Shown: positions 32,774-41,466 of the stretch, in pieces
How the letters are laid out: each line of letters starts with the position of its first letter
How positions within the stretch are numbered: position 1 is the stretch's first letter
Origin: a virus
Reading direction: 5' to 3' (one strand)
Virus record (IMG/VR): IMGVR_UViG_3300045809_000027
Length of the DNA stretch: 48,927 bases
The notes under the pieces: generated by a model
Database searches by the model: none
What the model was told of the DNA's origin: nothing
The model's input: the letters and a program-made list of their open reading frames with translations, nothing else
Program-made: the position numbers and the translations under genes

Positions 32774-33922
32774 CTATCGAAGTACCATGACTTCATCATC
32801 TTTTTCTTCTGATCCGATTTGCCGGCCACTGCTAAATTTTTTCGACTTCATTTTTTCGTAGCTTTCCCGTTCTTCTTTGATGAATTCTAAATCAGCGCGG
32901 GTCAACATAGACTTGTAACTCTCAGCATTGAAATCTTCCCCTTGAACAGCAACACGTGCTTTAACAGCTGAATCAATCAAGTCCTCTTTGTACTTGCGGC
33001 CAGCTTCTGCCTCTTGCTTCATACGATTGATTGCTTCAACACTTGCGTTACCTTCTCCAAGAGCGTTACGGATAGCAACGTCCTCTTGAGATTCAAAACG
33101 GATTTCATGATCTTCCATAACTTTGCGGAGATCAGTTACTGCTAATTTCCCATCAGTAATTGCACTACGAATTTCTTTAATGTCCACTTGCTTCACTCCT
33201 TTTGTTTTTTGTCTTTTTAATGCATCAAAAAAAGGCTTGTCCAACTCATCGAAACGAGTACCTAAGCCTTCCTGTAATACCGCTATTCTGTTTTCATCCA
33301 TCAAACCATCATCAACCATCTGTCGTGCTTTCTGTATGTAAGCATTATGGTTTGATCCTTTGTATACCGTTGAAACTTCTCGCAGATGGGCGTTCTTAAT
33401 CCAATAAAATACCTTTTGACCTTCTTCAGTCCGATCACCAGGGAAGTATGGAGACATCATCATGGATTTACCATCCACAGAACATATATAGTCTTCAATC
33501 CCGGCTGAGAACCCAACTGACAAATCTCTCGTGATCCCGCCTTCAATGTTACGAATAATATCATTCGTTGATCGTCCGTTTGAATTGCTATCTCTTAGCA
33601 TGTAAAAGCTACCTGAGACCTTGGTCAGTTCACCATCTTGGTAAATACTCGAATCAAATGAGCGAGCATAAGGCTCTCTATTCGTGTCGTGCCAGTCAAT
33701 CATAGACACGCCTGACAATAAATCTGCTGCATAATTTCTTAATGTCGTTTCAGGATCCATTCGAGTATCAAAGGTGTCTAGTGAGTCATCGCTGATCACA
33801 CCTTCGAATGCAAATAACTCATTAGCATTGAATGTCCTACGCGTGTGCTTATTGATTTTCGATAGCAGTTCATCGTCAATGTCCGTTGCATGAACTGACA
33901 TTGGAAAACTGTTTTCTGTCAT
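32774..33922 (-). CDS. Prohead protease-scaffold fusion
   Basis: GGGGGTGAAAGG RBS before the ATG at 33922. N-terminal protease-like domain and C-terminal charged coiled coil. Confidence 0.55.
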   Translation of the reverse strand: MTENSFPMSVHATDIDDELLSKINKHTRRTFNANELFAFEGVISDDSLDTFDTRMDPETTLRNYAADLLSGVSMIDWHDTNREPYARSFDSSIYQDGELTKVSGSFYMLRDSNSNGRSTNDIIRNIEGGITRDLSVGFSAGIEDYICSVDGKSMMMSPYFPGDRTEEGQKVFYWIKNAHLREVSTVYKGSNHNAYIQKARQMVDDGLMDENRIAVLQEGLGTRFDELDKPFFDALKRQKTKGVKQVDIKEIRSAITDGKLAVTDLRKVMEDHEIRFESQEDVAIRNALGEGNASVEAINRMKQEAEAGRKYKEDLIDSAVKARVAVQGEDFNAESYKSMLTRADLEFIKEERESYEKMKSKKFSSGRQIGSEEKDDEVMVLR

Positions 33923-33926
33923 CCTT

Positions 33927-34661
33927 TCACCCCCTTTCATCATTTCTCATTTCTTCTATTTTACTAATTTCATAAAGAGAAATATTTTCTGTTAAATTCT
34001 TAATTGCTCTGAGTAAATCAATATATTGATCGTAGGAAAGTAAGAAATCGTTTGATTTCAGGTCATCGTCTTGATTTTCTAATTTTGGCTCCTGATAAAC
34101 ATTAAAAAGATGATCGGAAATACTTCTTATAATATCTAGAGAGGTTTTATGCTCATCAGGTAGCTTGAACCTGACAATTGTGAGATTAATCTCAAAAATT
34201 GCATCTAATCCTTTGTTTGCTATTCCTGTCATTTTTTCTTCTAAAACTATTTTTTCTTTTTCGAGAATATCCAATCTATCGAGCTCGTGGATACGCTTTT
34301 CATAGCTCATTTTTCTCTGTTTTAGTGCATTTTTCTCATTTTCAAGTCTTTTTCTTAAATTCACCAACCTATTAGACAATGGATAAAGCTCATTAACAGT
34401 AGCATTCAATAAGAAAAGTGAGCTTTTAGCCTTTCTCAAATCATCAATCTCTTTTTGTTTTAAAAATAAATCTGTCTCAAGTCTGAGATTTGCTTCATTT
34501 TGTTTCTTTATTAAATAAATTGAACTTGCTGCTGCTAGTAATGCACCGATAAGTATACCAAGCAAATTTGTAGAAACTTGAATCCATTCTGGTGTTGCAT
34601 ATTCTATTTGTATCGGTGGAAATTGTTGTTCAGAAATTTTTTGAATAGTGTTAATAATCAT
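33927..34661 (-). CDS. Moron: membrane-anchored coiled-coil protein, unknown function
   Basis: 244 aa. TM segment VSTNLLGILIGALLAAASSIYLI followed by long K/E/L heptads. Visibly more AT-rich than the flanking head genes. Has its own promoter and a GGAGGG RBS. Confidence 0.7.
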   Translation of the reverse strand: MIINTIQKISEQQFPPIQIEYATPEWIQVSTNLLGILIGALLAAASSIYLIKKQNEANLRLETDLFLKQKEIDDLRKAKSSLFLLNATVNELYPLSNRLVNLRKRLENEKNALKQRKMSYEKRIHELDRLDILEKEKIVLEEKMTGIANKGLDAIFEINLTIVRFKLPDEHKTSLDIIRSISDHLFNVYQEPKLENQDDDLKSNDFLLSYDQYIDLLRAIKNLTENISLYEISKIEEMRNDERG

Positions 34662-34682
34662 CTAAATCCCTCCTATTTGATA

Positions 34683-34691
34683 ATCATACCA
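34683..34691 (-). promoter_or_regulatory. Extended -10 promoter (TGGTATGAT) of the moron
   Basis: The minus strand reads TTTGGTATGATTATCAAATAGGAGGGATTTAGATG. Confidence 0.55.
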
Positions 34692-34926
34692 AACGATACT
34701 CAGGTAAGGAAGGTAGTATTAGCCTTTGCGACAGCTAACGAGATGATGGATCACCAACCGTTCCGGCACTATCTGCCTTTCCAGAATGGTACAGTGAGTC
34801 CGGTGGTTTTCGTTTGTGTTCCAACATATTCAAGTGTGTTTTGTGGAATATGAGTAATAAACTTGTTAGTGTCATTGACTGAAAGATATCGCGGTTTTCT
34901 TGATTTTCCATAGCTTTCACTCCTCA

Positions 34927-35871
34927 TCAAGATATTAATTGATTCAATTTATCTTCATCTAGGCCTTTCCAGAGCAACTGATAGGTGCAGCGGCACTGAA
35001 TGACATTGTTTGCGCTCGCTCCCATTTCAGAGTCTCTTGGGTACATTAACAGTTCGCCATTAACAATGAATGGTTCGTAAAACTCTTTGAATTGACCATT
35101 CGCATGATGATGCCAATCACGCACTCTTGGATAATCATTTGAATCTCGCCACACTTTGCCTAATAGTAAATCCTCTTCTGCGAATTTCATATCTGACCCG
35201 AATTGTCCGGTTGTCTGAGCTGTTAAAATCTCTGTTCTAGCTATAGAACGAGCACGATCATCACTGAACGCATAATCACGCTGCAATACAGATTGCACCT
35301 TGTCTATCGAATACGGACTATCTGAGATAGTGTCATAGATCAACTTACGGACACGGTCGGCAGAAGTTCCGACAATCTCTGATGCGCTGAACTTCGATCG
35401 CCACTCAATCCAATCTAATAGTTTGTCATCTATGAAATCATACTTACCAAATACTCCCTCTGGACTGAACGGTATTTCAACAGGAATGTTCAAATAGTTG
35501 ATCTCTCCGACCACCATGATCGTTCCGAGTAACCACTCATTAAACAGCTTCTCCCAATCCTCAACCATTTTATCAATCGTTCGGTTGTTCAAAACATACT
35601 CTTCTACCCAGTCCTGAAAGTCTTTAGGATAATCTGATAAATCGGCGCGGTTATTCGCAAAATTGGGTGGTTCTGGTGCATCGTTTAACGTGTCATGGAT
35701 TAATTGTCGTTGATTAGATAAAACGTCTATAAATGCCAAATAAGCCTGTTCAGCAACGATAGCAACATCTGCTGACCACGGCTCATTCATCTCAGCAACA
35801 AATGGATCACTACTTAGTTTTTTCTTTGAGGAAGATCTCGCTTGGGAAACGTCTGATTTGTCTGCCTTCAT
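34927..35871 (-). CDS. Head morphogenesis protein (SPP1 gp7 / Mu F family)
   Basis: ARSIARTEILTAQT...VWRDSNDYPRVRDWHHHANGQ...NVIQCRCTY are family motifs. GAGGAGGA RBS lies 6 nt before the ATG at 35871. Confidence 0.8.
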   Translation of the reverse strand: MKADKSDVSQARSSSKKKLSSDPFVAEMNEPWSADVAIVAEQAYLAFIDVLSNQRQLIHDTLNDAPEPPNFANNRADLSDYPKDFQDWVEEYVLNNRTIDKMVEDWEKLFNEWLLGTIMVVGEINYLNIPVEIPFSPEGVFGKYDFIDDKLLDWIEWRSKFSASEIVGTSADRVRKLIYDTISDSPYSIDKVQSVLQRDYAFSDDRARSIARTEILTAQTTGQFGSDMKFAEEDLLLGKVWRDSNDYPRVRDWHHHANGQFKEFYEPFIVNGELLMYPRDSEMGASANNVIQCRCTYQLLWKGLDEDKLNQLIS

Positions 35872-37228
35872 CGTCGTCCTCCTCATCCTCTTTTGATTTT
35901 TGAGTATTGCCAAATAAATTAGAATAGCCTACTTGTTGTTTAGGTTCTGATATTGCATCATGGCCAACCATCTCATTGGCTGCTTCGTCATTATCGATCC
36001 ACCCTTGATTAACCTTAGCTATCAAGTTGTTAATCTCCGTTGCTTCTGCGGTTGCTTCAGCTTGACGATCCTTCGAACGAACTTCATTAAATGTAACTGA
36101 AACACTAGACTGGCTACCTTTCACTCTTAAGGCAACTGTGTAGGCTTTTTCCAGTAGTCGCTTCGTCATGTTCTGAATGCTTCGAATACCTGCAACTTGT
36201 ATTTCCCATTGAATGGACCCGTGTGTTTCTGTTGTAGACTGATTCTGTCCTAACATAATTGGCAACTGCTTAAGTGCGACAGTGACTTGTCGATCGAGGA
36301 TATCTAAGAGAGATTTAAAATCAATACTCTTCCCACCCATACCGGAAACCTGCTCAACTTTGATCGTGTCATCATGATAGAAATCATCATCTATATCAAT
36401 CTCTGCAAAAGCCGTTTCTATCGTATCCATATAGTCATTAATGAACTTCTCAGAGCCTTCTTTATCGAATTGTAGCCGTTCAGGAATATTACTGACTATC
36501 GCCTCTGTTGAAACGGACACATCAAAACGGGGATAGCCCATCTTGTGAGCGATAATCCGCAGATCGTTTAAGACCTCTGCTTGAAAGATAACTGCTTCAA
36601 GTGCTGGCAGCATTGGTGAACGACCATAAGGATCGTCAATGTCAGGATCTAAAGGAACATAAAACACTTGCTCCGGATTCAATGTCAGCCATTTCCCGTC
36701 CGGTTGCCGCTGAGACAATTCAAGCTCGCCTGATTCTTCATTGGGAATGAAGTCAACCTTTGACGGTTGAATCGGATGAAAGTCCACAATCTCAGTTAAT
36801 GAATCATCAAGTTCAACTTCCAATGCTTCAGCGCCATAGGTAAATCCTGCTAGATTTAGGACATTCACTAATTGGTCAGTTCCACCACCGTATATCTTCC
36901 CAATTCGAGGAGCCAAATCCTCGTTGATGTATTGCTGCATCTCTTCATCGTTTTCTCCATCAATACCAAATACCTGAACCTCATGTCCTTGGTTACCTAA
37001 ACGGAGAAAGTTCCAGACTGCCATTGAAGCATCCGGATTAATGTCTCTTAGTAACTTCAGCGAGTCGAGTATCTTCTTTTCTCGGTGCAACTCTCTTTTT
37101 ACAGGTTGGTTCAATTGCTTAAGAAAACCATAGTCCCACTTCGCTTTCGTTTGCCTGCCGCTCTCGAACTTGCCCGCAACTACTTTTTTTAAAGTATCTT
37201 TGCGAATGTTTCCTAATACTTTGCGCAT
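35810..37228 (-). CDS. Portal protein
   Basis: 472 aa. Lies between TerL and the Mu F-like protein. Acidic C-terminus. Confidence 0.8.
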   Translation of the reverse strand: MRKVLGNIRKDTLKKVVAGKFESGRQTKAKWDYGFLKQLNQPVKRELHREKKILDSLKLLRDINPDASMAVWNFLRLGNQGHEVQVFGIDGENDEEMQQYINEDLAPRIGKIYGGGTDQLVNVLNLAGFTYGAEALEVELDDSLTEIVDFHPIQPSKVDFIPNEESGELELSQRQPDGKWLTLNPEQVFYVPLDPDIDDPYGRSPMLPALEAVIFQAEVLNDLRIIAHKMGYPRFDVSVSTEAIVSNIPERLQFDKEGSEKFINDYMDTIETAFAEIDIDDDFYHDDTIKVEQVSGMGGKSIDFKSLLDILDRQVTVALKQLPIMLGQNQSTTETHGSIQWEIQVAGIRSIQNMTKRLLEKAYTVALRVKGSQSSVSVTFNEVRSKDRQAEATAEATEINNLIAKVNQGWIDNDEAANEMVGHDAISEPKQQVGYSNLFGNTQKSKEDEEDDDEGRQIRRFPSEIFLKEKTK

Positions 37229-37275
37229 ACGTTTTTGTTTTCTGTTACGTCTGAATCGTTCAATAGGTCCTATTG

Positions 37276-38739
37276 TTATTTCCTCCTTCCTCTTATCTTA
37301 GGCAGATTGGGTTTAACATCGTCTGGATCAAAAGGCTTATCCATCTTAACCAACGCCTGAGACATCGAATCCACATCGTCATCATGAGCTCCATTAGGGA
37401 ATGCTTCTAACTCATCTAACACTTCATCAGTCCATGCTTTCCATAGCGGATGAGGTACGTAGACATTTCCTGACTCCCAAAATGGTGCCACTGCTTGTGC
37501 GCGCACTTCTTTACCTCCTTGAGGATTCACTGCAACCATGCCAGGGATCTTTTTTTGTAGCATTTCAATGACGGCAGTACCATTCGCCTTATCTTCGACT
37601 AGTTTTGCCGTTGCTTCCGGCCAACGAGCTGTCAATGATTGGATAGCTCGCATCGTTTCTACGATGCCCATTCGCTCATGATGCCGATCTAGTAAATAAA
37701 AATCAGCATTATCTCTTGCCCATACTTGACCAGCCACATAGTCAGAAGTGCTTTTGTCCTTAAAAGTACAATCCCAAGACTGTATCTGCTGACTAAAAGA
37801 ACTAGGCATGACTTTTACATCATCGCCTAGTCCCAATCGCACTTTCATTTCAATGGAAGGCACATAATATTTCGCCCATGATCGTTTAAAGATATCTCCA
37901 CCAGCAGGTGTTGGTCGCTGCTGGTACAATGATGCCCAACCACGGGACCCAGTAACAGCTTTGGTTTGCTCCGCCCATTCTTCATCTTTACCAATTTCAG
38001 GGGCTAAAGCATCGCCGACCTTACGATCAAGCAAGTCCTTTTCCTCCGCAATAGCTGGTATTTTGATTTCGATCCAAGGTAATGTTTTTTCTTTTAATAA
38101 ACGACCCGCTAAATCATCTTCATGCCAACGAGTCATAATAATGATTACAGAACCATTTGCCGATAAACGAGAATAAAACGTATCACGCCATTCAGAATAA
38201 ATTTTATCTCGGATTGTCTTACTTTCTGCCTCAGCTCTGTTTTTTACAGGATCATCAATTATCAATAGATCGGAGCCACGGCCAGTTGCACCACCTAAGA
38301 TAGATGTGCTGTATAACTGACCTAAATGATTATCAATACCCCATTCAGAAACACTCGCTATCTCAGAACTTAGTTTCAAATCGAATAGTTCATCACTGTA
38401 TAAACGAAATTTTTCTCGGTTTTTTCGTCCGAACTTTTTGTAAAGTTCCTCTGAATATGAAACAACCATCGCCAATTTATCAGGATTCTTGCATAAAAAA
38501 TAAGCTGGGAAGGTCTCTGTGATAAAAGTAGATTTACCATGTTGTGGTGGTAACTCCACGATGATAAATAATCGTTCTCTATTTGCTATACGATCCAAGT
38601 AAGGTGATATATATAACTGGTGTCGTAATGGTTTAAATGTGCACCCGTGGGTATAGAAAAAGAAGTCAGCAAAATTTCTCCTCGCTAACTCCTTTAGTGA
38701 TTCTTTTCTAATTATCTCAAGATCAACCATCTTGTTCAT
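37276..38739 (-). CDS. terL: Terminase large subunit
   Basis: Walker A VELPPQHGKST, Walker B LLIIDDP, and the C-terminal nuclease motif GAHDDDVDS. Confidence 0.9.
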   Translation of the reverse strand: MNKMVDLEIIRKESLKELARRNFADFFFYTHGCTFKPLRHQLYISPYLDRIANRERLFIIVELPPQHGKSTFITETFPAYFLCKNPDKLAMVVSYSEELYKKFGRKNREKFRLYSDELFDLKLSSEIASVSEWGIDNHLGQLYSTSILGGATGRGSDLLIIDDPVKNRAEAESKTIRDKIYSEWRDTFYSRLSANGSVIIIMTRWHEDDLAGRLLKEKTLPWIEIKIPAIAEEKDLLDRKVGDALAPEIGKDEEWAEQTKAVTGSRGWASLYQQRPTPAGGDIFKRSWAKYYVPSIEMKVRLGLGDDVKVMPSSFSQQIQSWDCTFKDKSTSDYVAGQVWARDNADFYLLDRHHERMGIVETMRAIQSLTARWPEATAKLVEDKANGTAVIEMLQKKIPGMVAVNPQGGKEVRAQAVAPFWESGNVYVPHPLWKAWTDEVLDELEAFPNGAHDDDVDSMSQALVKMDKPFDPDDVKPNLPKIRGRRK

Positions 38740-39145
38740 AGGCTAATCGCCTCAATTCTTCGGTGCTTAGTTCAGCATATGGATTTTTTGCTTTCACTTC
38801 ACCGGATAACTCCAATTTCTTAGTGTATATTCCATCCATTTTGTTCAAAGTATCAATCGCTCGAATCTGGTCTCCTGGATACTCATCGTCATTAGCAATC
38901 TCTGAAAGCTTCACCATACGTTCCTTTCGGGTCATAATAGCTTCGTCTTGAGCTTCTTCTTGGAGTTCTTTATACCTAGCCAGAATCTCATTTTCTCTGA
39001 ACAAAGCACTCGCCTTGTTGTCTACTGTAGCGTCTTTCCACCTATTGGCGGAAGCGAACGCCTCGCGATATGCTTTCCGTTGTGTCATGCCTGAAATTAG
39101 GCATTGAACGAACTTTTCATGTCTCGCGTTTTCTAATACAGACAT
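38723..39145 (-). CDS. terS: Terminase small subunit
   Basis: MSVLENARHEKFVQCLISGMTQRKAYREA is a TerS (Terminase_2/P27-like) N-terminal HTH. AAGGAG RBS. Overlaps the terL start. Confidence 0.8.
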   Translation of the reverse strand: MSVLENARHEKFVQCLISGMTQRKAYREAFASANRWKDATVDNKASALFRENEILARYKELQEEAQDEAIMTRKERMVKLSEIANDDEYPGDQIRAIDTLNKMDGIYTKKLELSGEVKAKNPYAELSTEELRRLAYEQDG

Positions 39146-39160
39146 GCTCTCAACTCCTTT

Positions 39161-39192
39161 GAAAAATAAAAAGACCACCCAATTGAGTGGTC
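39161..39192 (-). terminator. Hairpin plus T-tract immediately upstream of the terS RBS
   Basis: On the minus strand, GACCAC-TCAATTGG-GTGGTC followed by TTTTTATTTTTC, then AAGGAG and the ATG. Confidence 0.6.
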
Positions 39193-39499
39193 CTGGTTAT
39201 GTACTGGGCGGCACGTGAACTTTAAAGGAAGAGGAGCTATTCACTTCCTTCTTTATTTTTTTAATTGTGCCGCCTAAGATTGTAGAAACCGAGAGAGGAA
39301 GCTGTTCACCTCCTTCTGTTTTTTTATAGGTTATGTGAGTAGCCTATAAAATATTTTGATGCTCTCTATAAAAACAGCTAGTTCAGATGGTTGTTCATTT
39401 ACTCCACTTTTTAGCAGTTGTCCTGTTTATGATGTTCGTCTGACTAGCTGTAAATATACTAATTTGATAATAATAGTATATAGCAGAAAAACGTGATTA

Positions 39500-39531
39500 A
39501 ACCGCCAAATATCCCGCAAAAAACCGCCAAA
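39500..39531. promoter_or_regulatory. Two AAACCGCCAAA direct repeats 22 bp apart (candidate late-activator binding site)
   Basis: AACCGCCAAA occurs at 39500-39509 and 39522-39531, just downstream of arpU and upstream of terS. Confidence 0.4.
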
Positions 39532-39539
39532 ATAATTGT

Positions 39540-39956
39540 TCAACGATATGCGATCAATCTGCCTTTTTTATAAGCTTCAGCAAATTCAATTAGAGCTTCT
39601 GACATTAGTCTTTCAACGCTGCGCTCAGAGTAGCCAATTTCACGGCCGATTTTATAATTAGAATAACTATCAGGTGCACAGTAGCGGTAATAGAGAACTT
39701 GACGACTTGTTATTCCCAAAGACATCAAAGCTGCTAAAATAGCATCTCTTTCAGCTTCAGCTTCCATAAATTGGATCATTCCGTCTTCCGCCTTGTTCCC
39801 CCATCTATCGCCTTTTGGCATGTCTGACATGACTGGTGATTTAATATCTATCATTGACTTTCCCGCTATACGTACCCACTTACGATAATTTTTCAATATT
39901 TTTCTTGCATTACATTTAGTTTGATAAAAATCGACTTCTCTCAATAGCGCTATCAT
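39540..39956 (-). CDS. arpU: ArpU-family late transcriptional activator
   Basis: 138 aa. Has a sigma-region-4-like C-terminus (GYSERSVERLMSEALIEFAEAY) and the typical position upstream of terS. Confidence 0.75.
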   Translation of the reverse strand: MIALLREVDFYQTKCNARKILKNYRKWVRIAGKSMIDIKSPVMSDMPKGDRWGNKAEDGMIQFMEAEAERDAILAALMSLGITSRQVLYYRYCAPDSYSNYKIGREIGYSERSVERLMSEALIEFAEAYKKGRLIAYR

Positions 39957-39971
39957 GCCATCCGCTCCTTG

Positions 39972-40040
39972 TGCTATAATGTTATTGACTAGATAACGTT
40001 TAGCACTGAGTGAAAGCTTGGTGTTTTTTTATGATATAAT
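39972..40040 (+). promoter_or_regulatory. Two perfect extended -10 boxes on the plus strand
   Basis: TGCTATAAT at 39972-39980 and TGATATAAT at 40032-40040. Confidence 0.55.
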
Positions 40041-40046
40041 TGTTGT

Positions 40047-40122
40047 GAGCTAGGCTTTTCCTTCAATGGGCGCAAGCATATTTCAACTAGCTCACTGGCA
40101 ACCGACCACTGGTTGCTTTTTT
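40047..40122 (+). ncRNA. Candidate ~75-nt antisense RNA opposite the arpU leader
   Basis: 9-bp stem GTGAGCTAG (40045-40053) with CTAGCTCAC (40087-40095). Then a terminator: GCAACC-GACCACT-GGTTGC (40098-40116) plus T6 (40117-40122). Confidence 0.5.
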
Positions 40123-40150
40123 CTATGCAGTTGACGACGTTAGCGGAACG

Positions 40151-40345
40151 CTAACACTCTTCTTCAAACAACTTATTCATATCTATTTCACTAAACTTCT
40201 CTTTGATCCTGACCAATATCTCAAAACTTGGCTTCCTGAAATCATTCTCCATTTGTCGGTAGTATCCATACGAAAGATTTAATGCTTCGGCCATTTGACG
40301 CTGAGTTAATCCTGCTTGCTGACGAAAACTTTTTAAATATTCCAT
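40151..40345 (-). CDS. Small XRE-family HTH protein (Aca-like position)
   Basis: AGLTQRQMAEALNLSYGYYRQMENDFRKPS is an HTH motif. 64 aa. Confidence 0.75.
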   Translation of the reverse strand: MEYLKSFRQQAGLTQRQMAEALNLSYGYYRQMENDFRKPSFEILVRIKEKFSEIDMNKLFEEEC

Positions 40346-40408
40346 GTCTACACCTCCATGTGGTGCTTAACTCCAATACGGGTCATTTTATAGAGCTTTT
40401 TCTGCTCT

Positions 40409-40840
40409 CTAAACTATGACGGTTTCAATATTTCCAATCGTGTAGCATGTTGGATTGTATTTATATTTTTCAAACCAATTGATAATCAAACTCTCTAGTT
40501 CATTTTTATGTTCTTCCAAAACATCATCCAAATAGTCTTCAGCGACTTCTCCGCATTGATCATACACACCTGCGGCAATCCCCTCTAGAATATAACCAGC
40601 ATCAATATCAAGACTTGGGCAAAAACACTGACCAACGGCAAAACTGACAATCTTCACATCTTCCTTGAACCAATCACCGAGTATGTCTTCGATTTCTGTA
40701 TCAGTGTTTCCTTGGTTCCACTGAGATATGACTTTTTTTCCTGCTTCAATAGCCGCTTCTTTTGTTTCAAAATATTCAGTAGACTTCCAAATATCACAGT
40801 CTGCAGACGGGGCGCAAACCCATTCTTTATCATGACTCAT
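40409..40840 (-). CDS. Highly acidic 143-aa protein, unknown function
   Basis: By my count 13 D and 17 E against 10 K and 0 R. No recognisable motif. Confidence 0.6.
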   Translation of the reverse strand: MSHDKEWVCAPSADCDIWKSTEYFETKEAAIEAGKKVISQWNQGNTDTEIEDILGDWFKEDVKIVSFAVGQCFCPSLDIDAGYILEGIAAGVYDQCGEVAEDYLDDVLEEHKNELESLIINWFEKYKYNPTCYTIGNIETVIV

Positions 40841-40886
40841 AAAAATTTCCTCCTTTATCTATGCAATCGCTTCGGTTACCGGATCT

Positions 40887-41072
40887 TTAGTGATACAGCA
40901 TATTTTGGCTGACTATGTTAATTTCAATTATCCTGAACAAGTTTCCTTCACTAGATAAATGATCTATGTAAAACTCACTTGCTTCTTTTCCCGTAGTAAA
41001 AGTTTCAGGAAATAGTTTCCATGGCTTGCCTACTCCTGCGCATGTCATGATTCCGTAGCAGTCTACATTCAT
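40887..41072 (-). CDS. Small early protein
   Basis: GAGGTGG RBS. The ATG at 41072 overlaps the upstream stop (ATGA). Confidence 0.45.
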   Translation of the reverse strand: MNVDCYGIMTCAGVGKPWKLFPETFTTGKEASEFYIDHLSSEGNLFRIIEINIVSQNMLYH

Positions 41073-41464
41073 TCCGCCACCTCTTTCATTCCCCATTCCG
41101 CGAAGGCTGCTAGGACTTGGGTCTGCTGATCTGGTGTCAATGCTATATATGCTAGAGAAACGGAATCGAGTGATTCTCCAAGTACAAGCAAGTAAACAGC
41201 GTCCATAGGAGAAACTCCTTGCTCTTCAACAGACCACTTCAACCACTCCAACACGACCTGCTGGTTTTCGTTGAGTTCATACGGCAATATTTTTCTAAAC
41301 ATTTCAGTATTTTCTCTGATCCAATCTCTCAAATATGGATTGTCAATGTAGTAATGTCCGTTGTTAGTAAGCGTATCTGTCAATACAGACTCATACGATT
41401 TTCTTGTTAAACGATGCTTCACTATCCAATTTCTGACAAACTCAATCGTGATATTCTCTTCCAT
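41069..41464 (-). CDS. Early protein, unknown function
   Basis: ORF in the operon. The ATG at 41464 follows the upstream stop. Confidence 0.5.
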   Translation of the reverse strand: MEENITIEFVRNWIVKHRLTRKSYESVLTDTLTNNGHYYIDNPYLRDWIRENTEMFRKILPYELNENQQVVLEWLKWSVEEQGVSPMDAVYLLVLGESLDSVSLAYIALTPDQQTQVLAAFAEWGMKEVAE

Positions 41465-41466
41465 TC

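Noticed and set aside
34735-34920. 61-aa minus-strand ORF in the spacer upstream of the moron
   Set aside because: It has a weak start context and overlaps the GC-rich hairpin. Its composition looks non-coding. It is kept only as part of the non-coding spacer observation.
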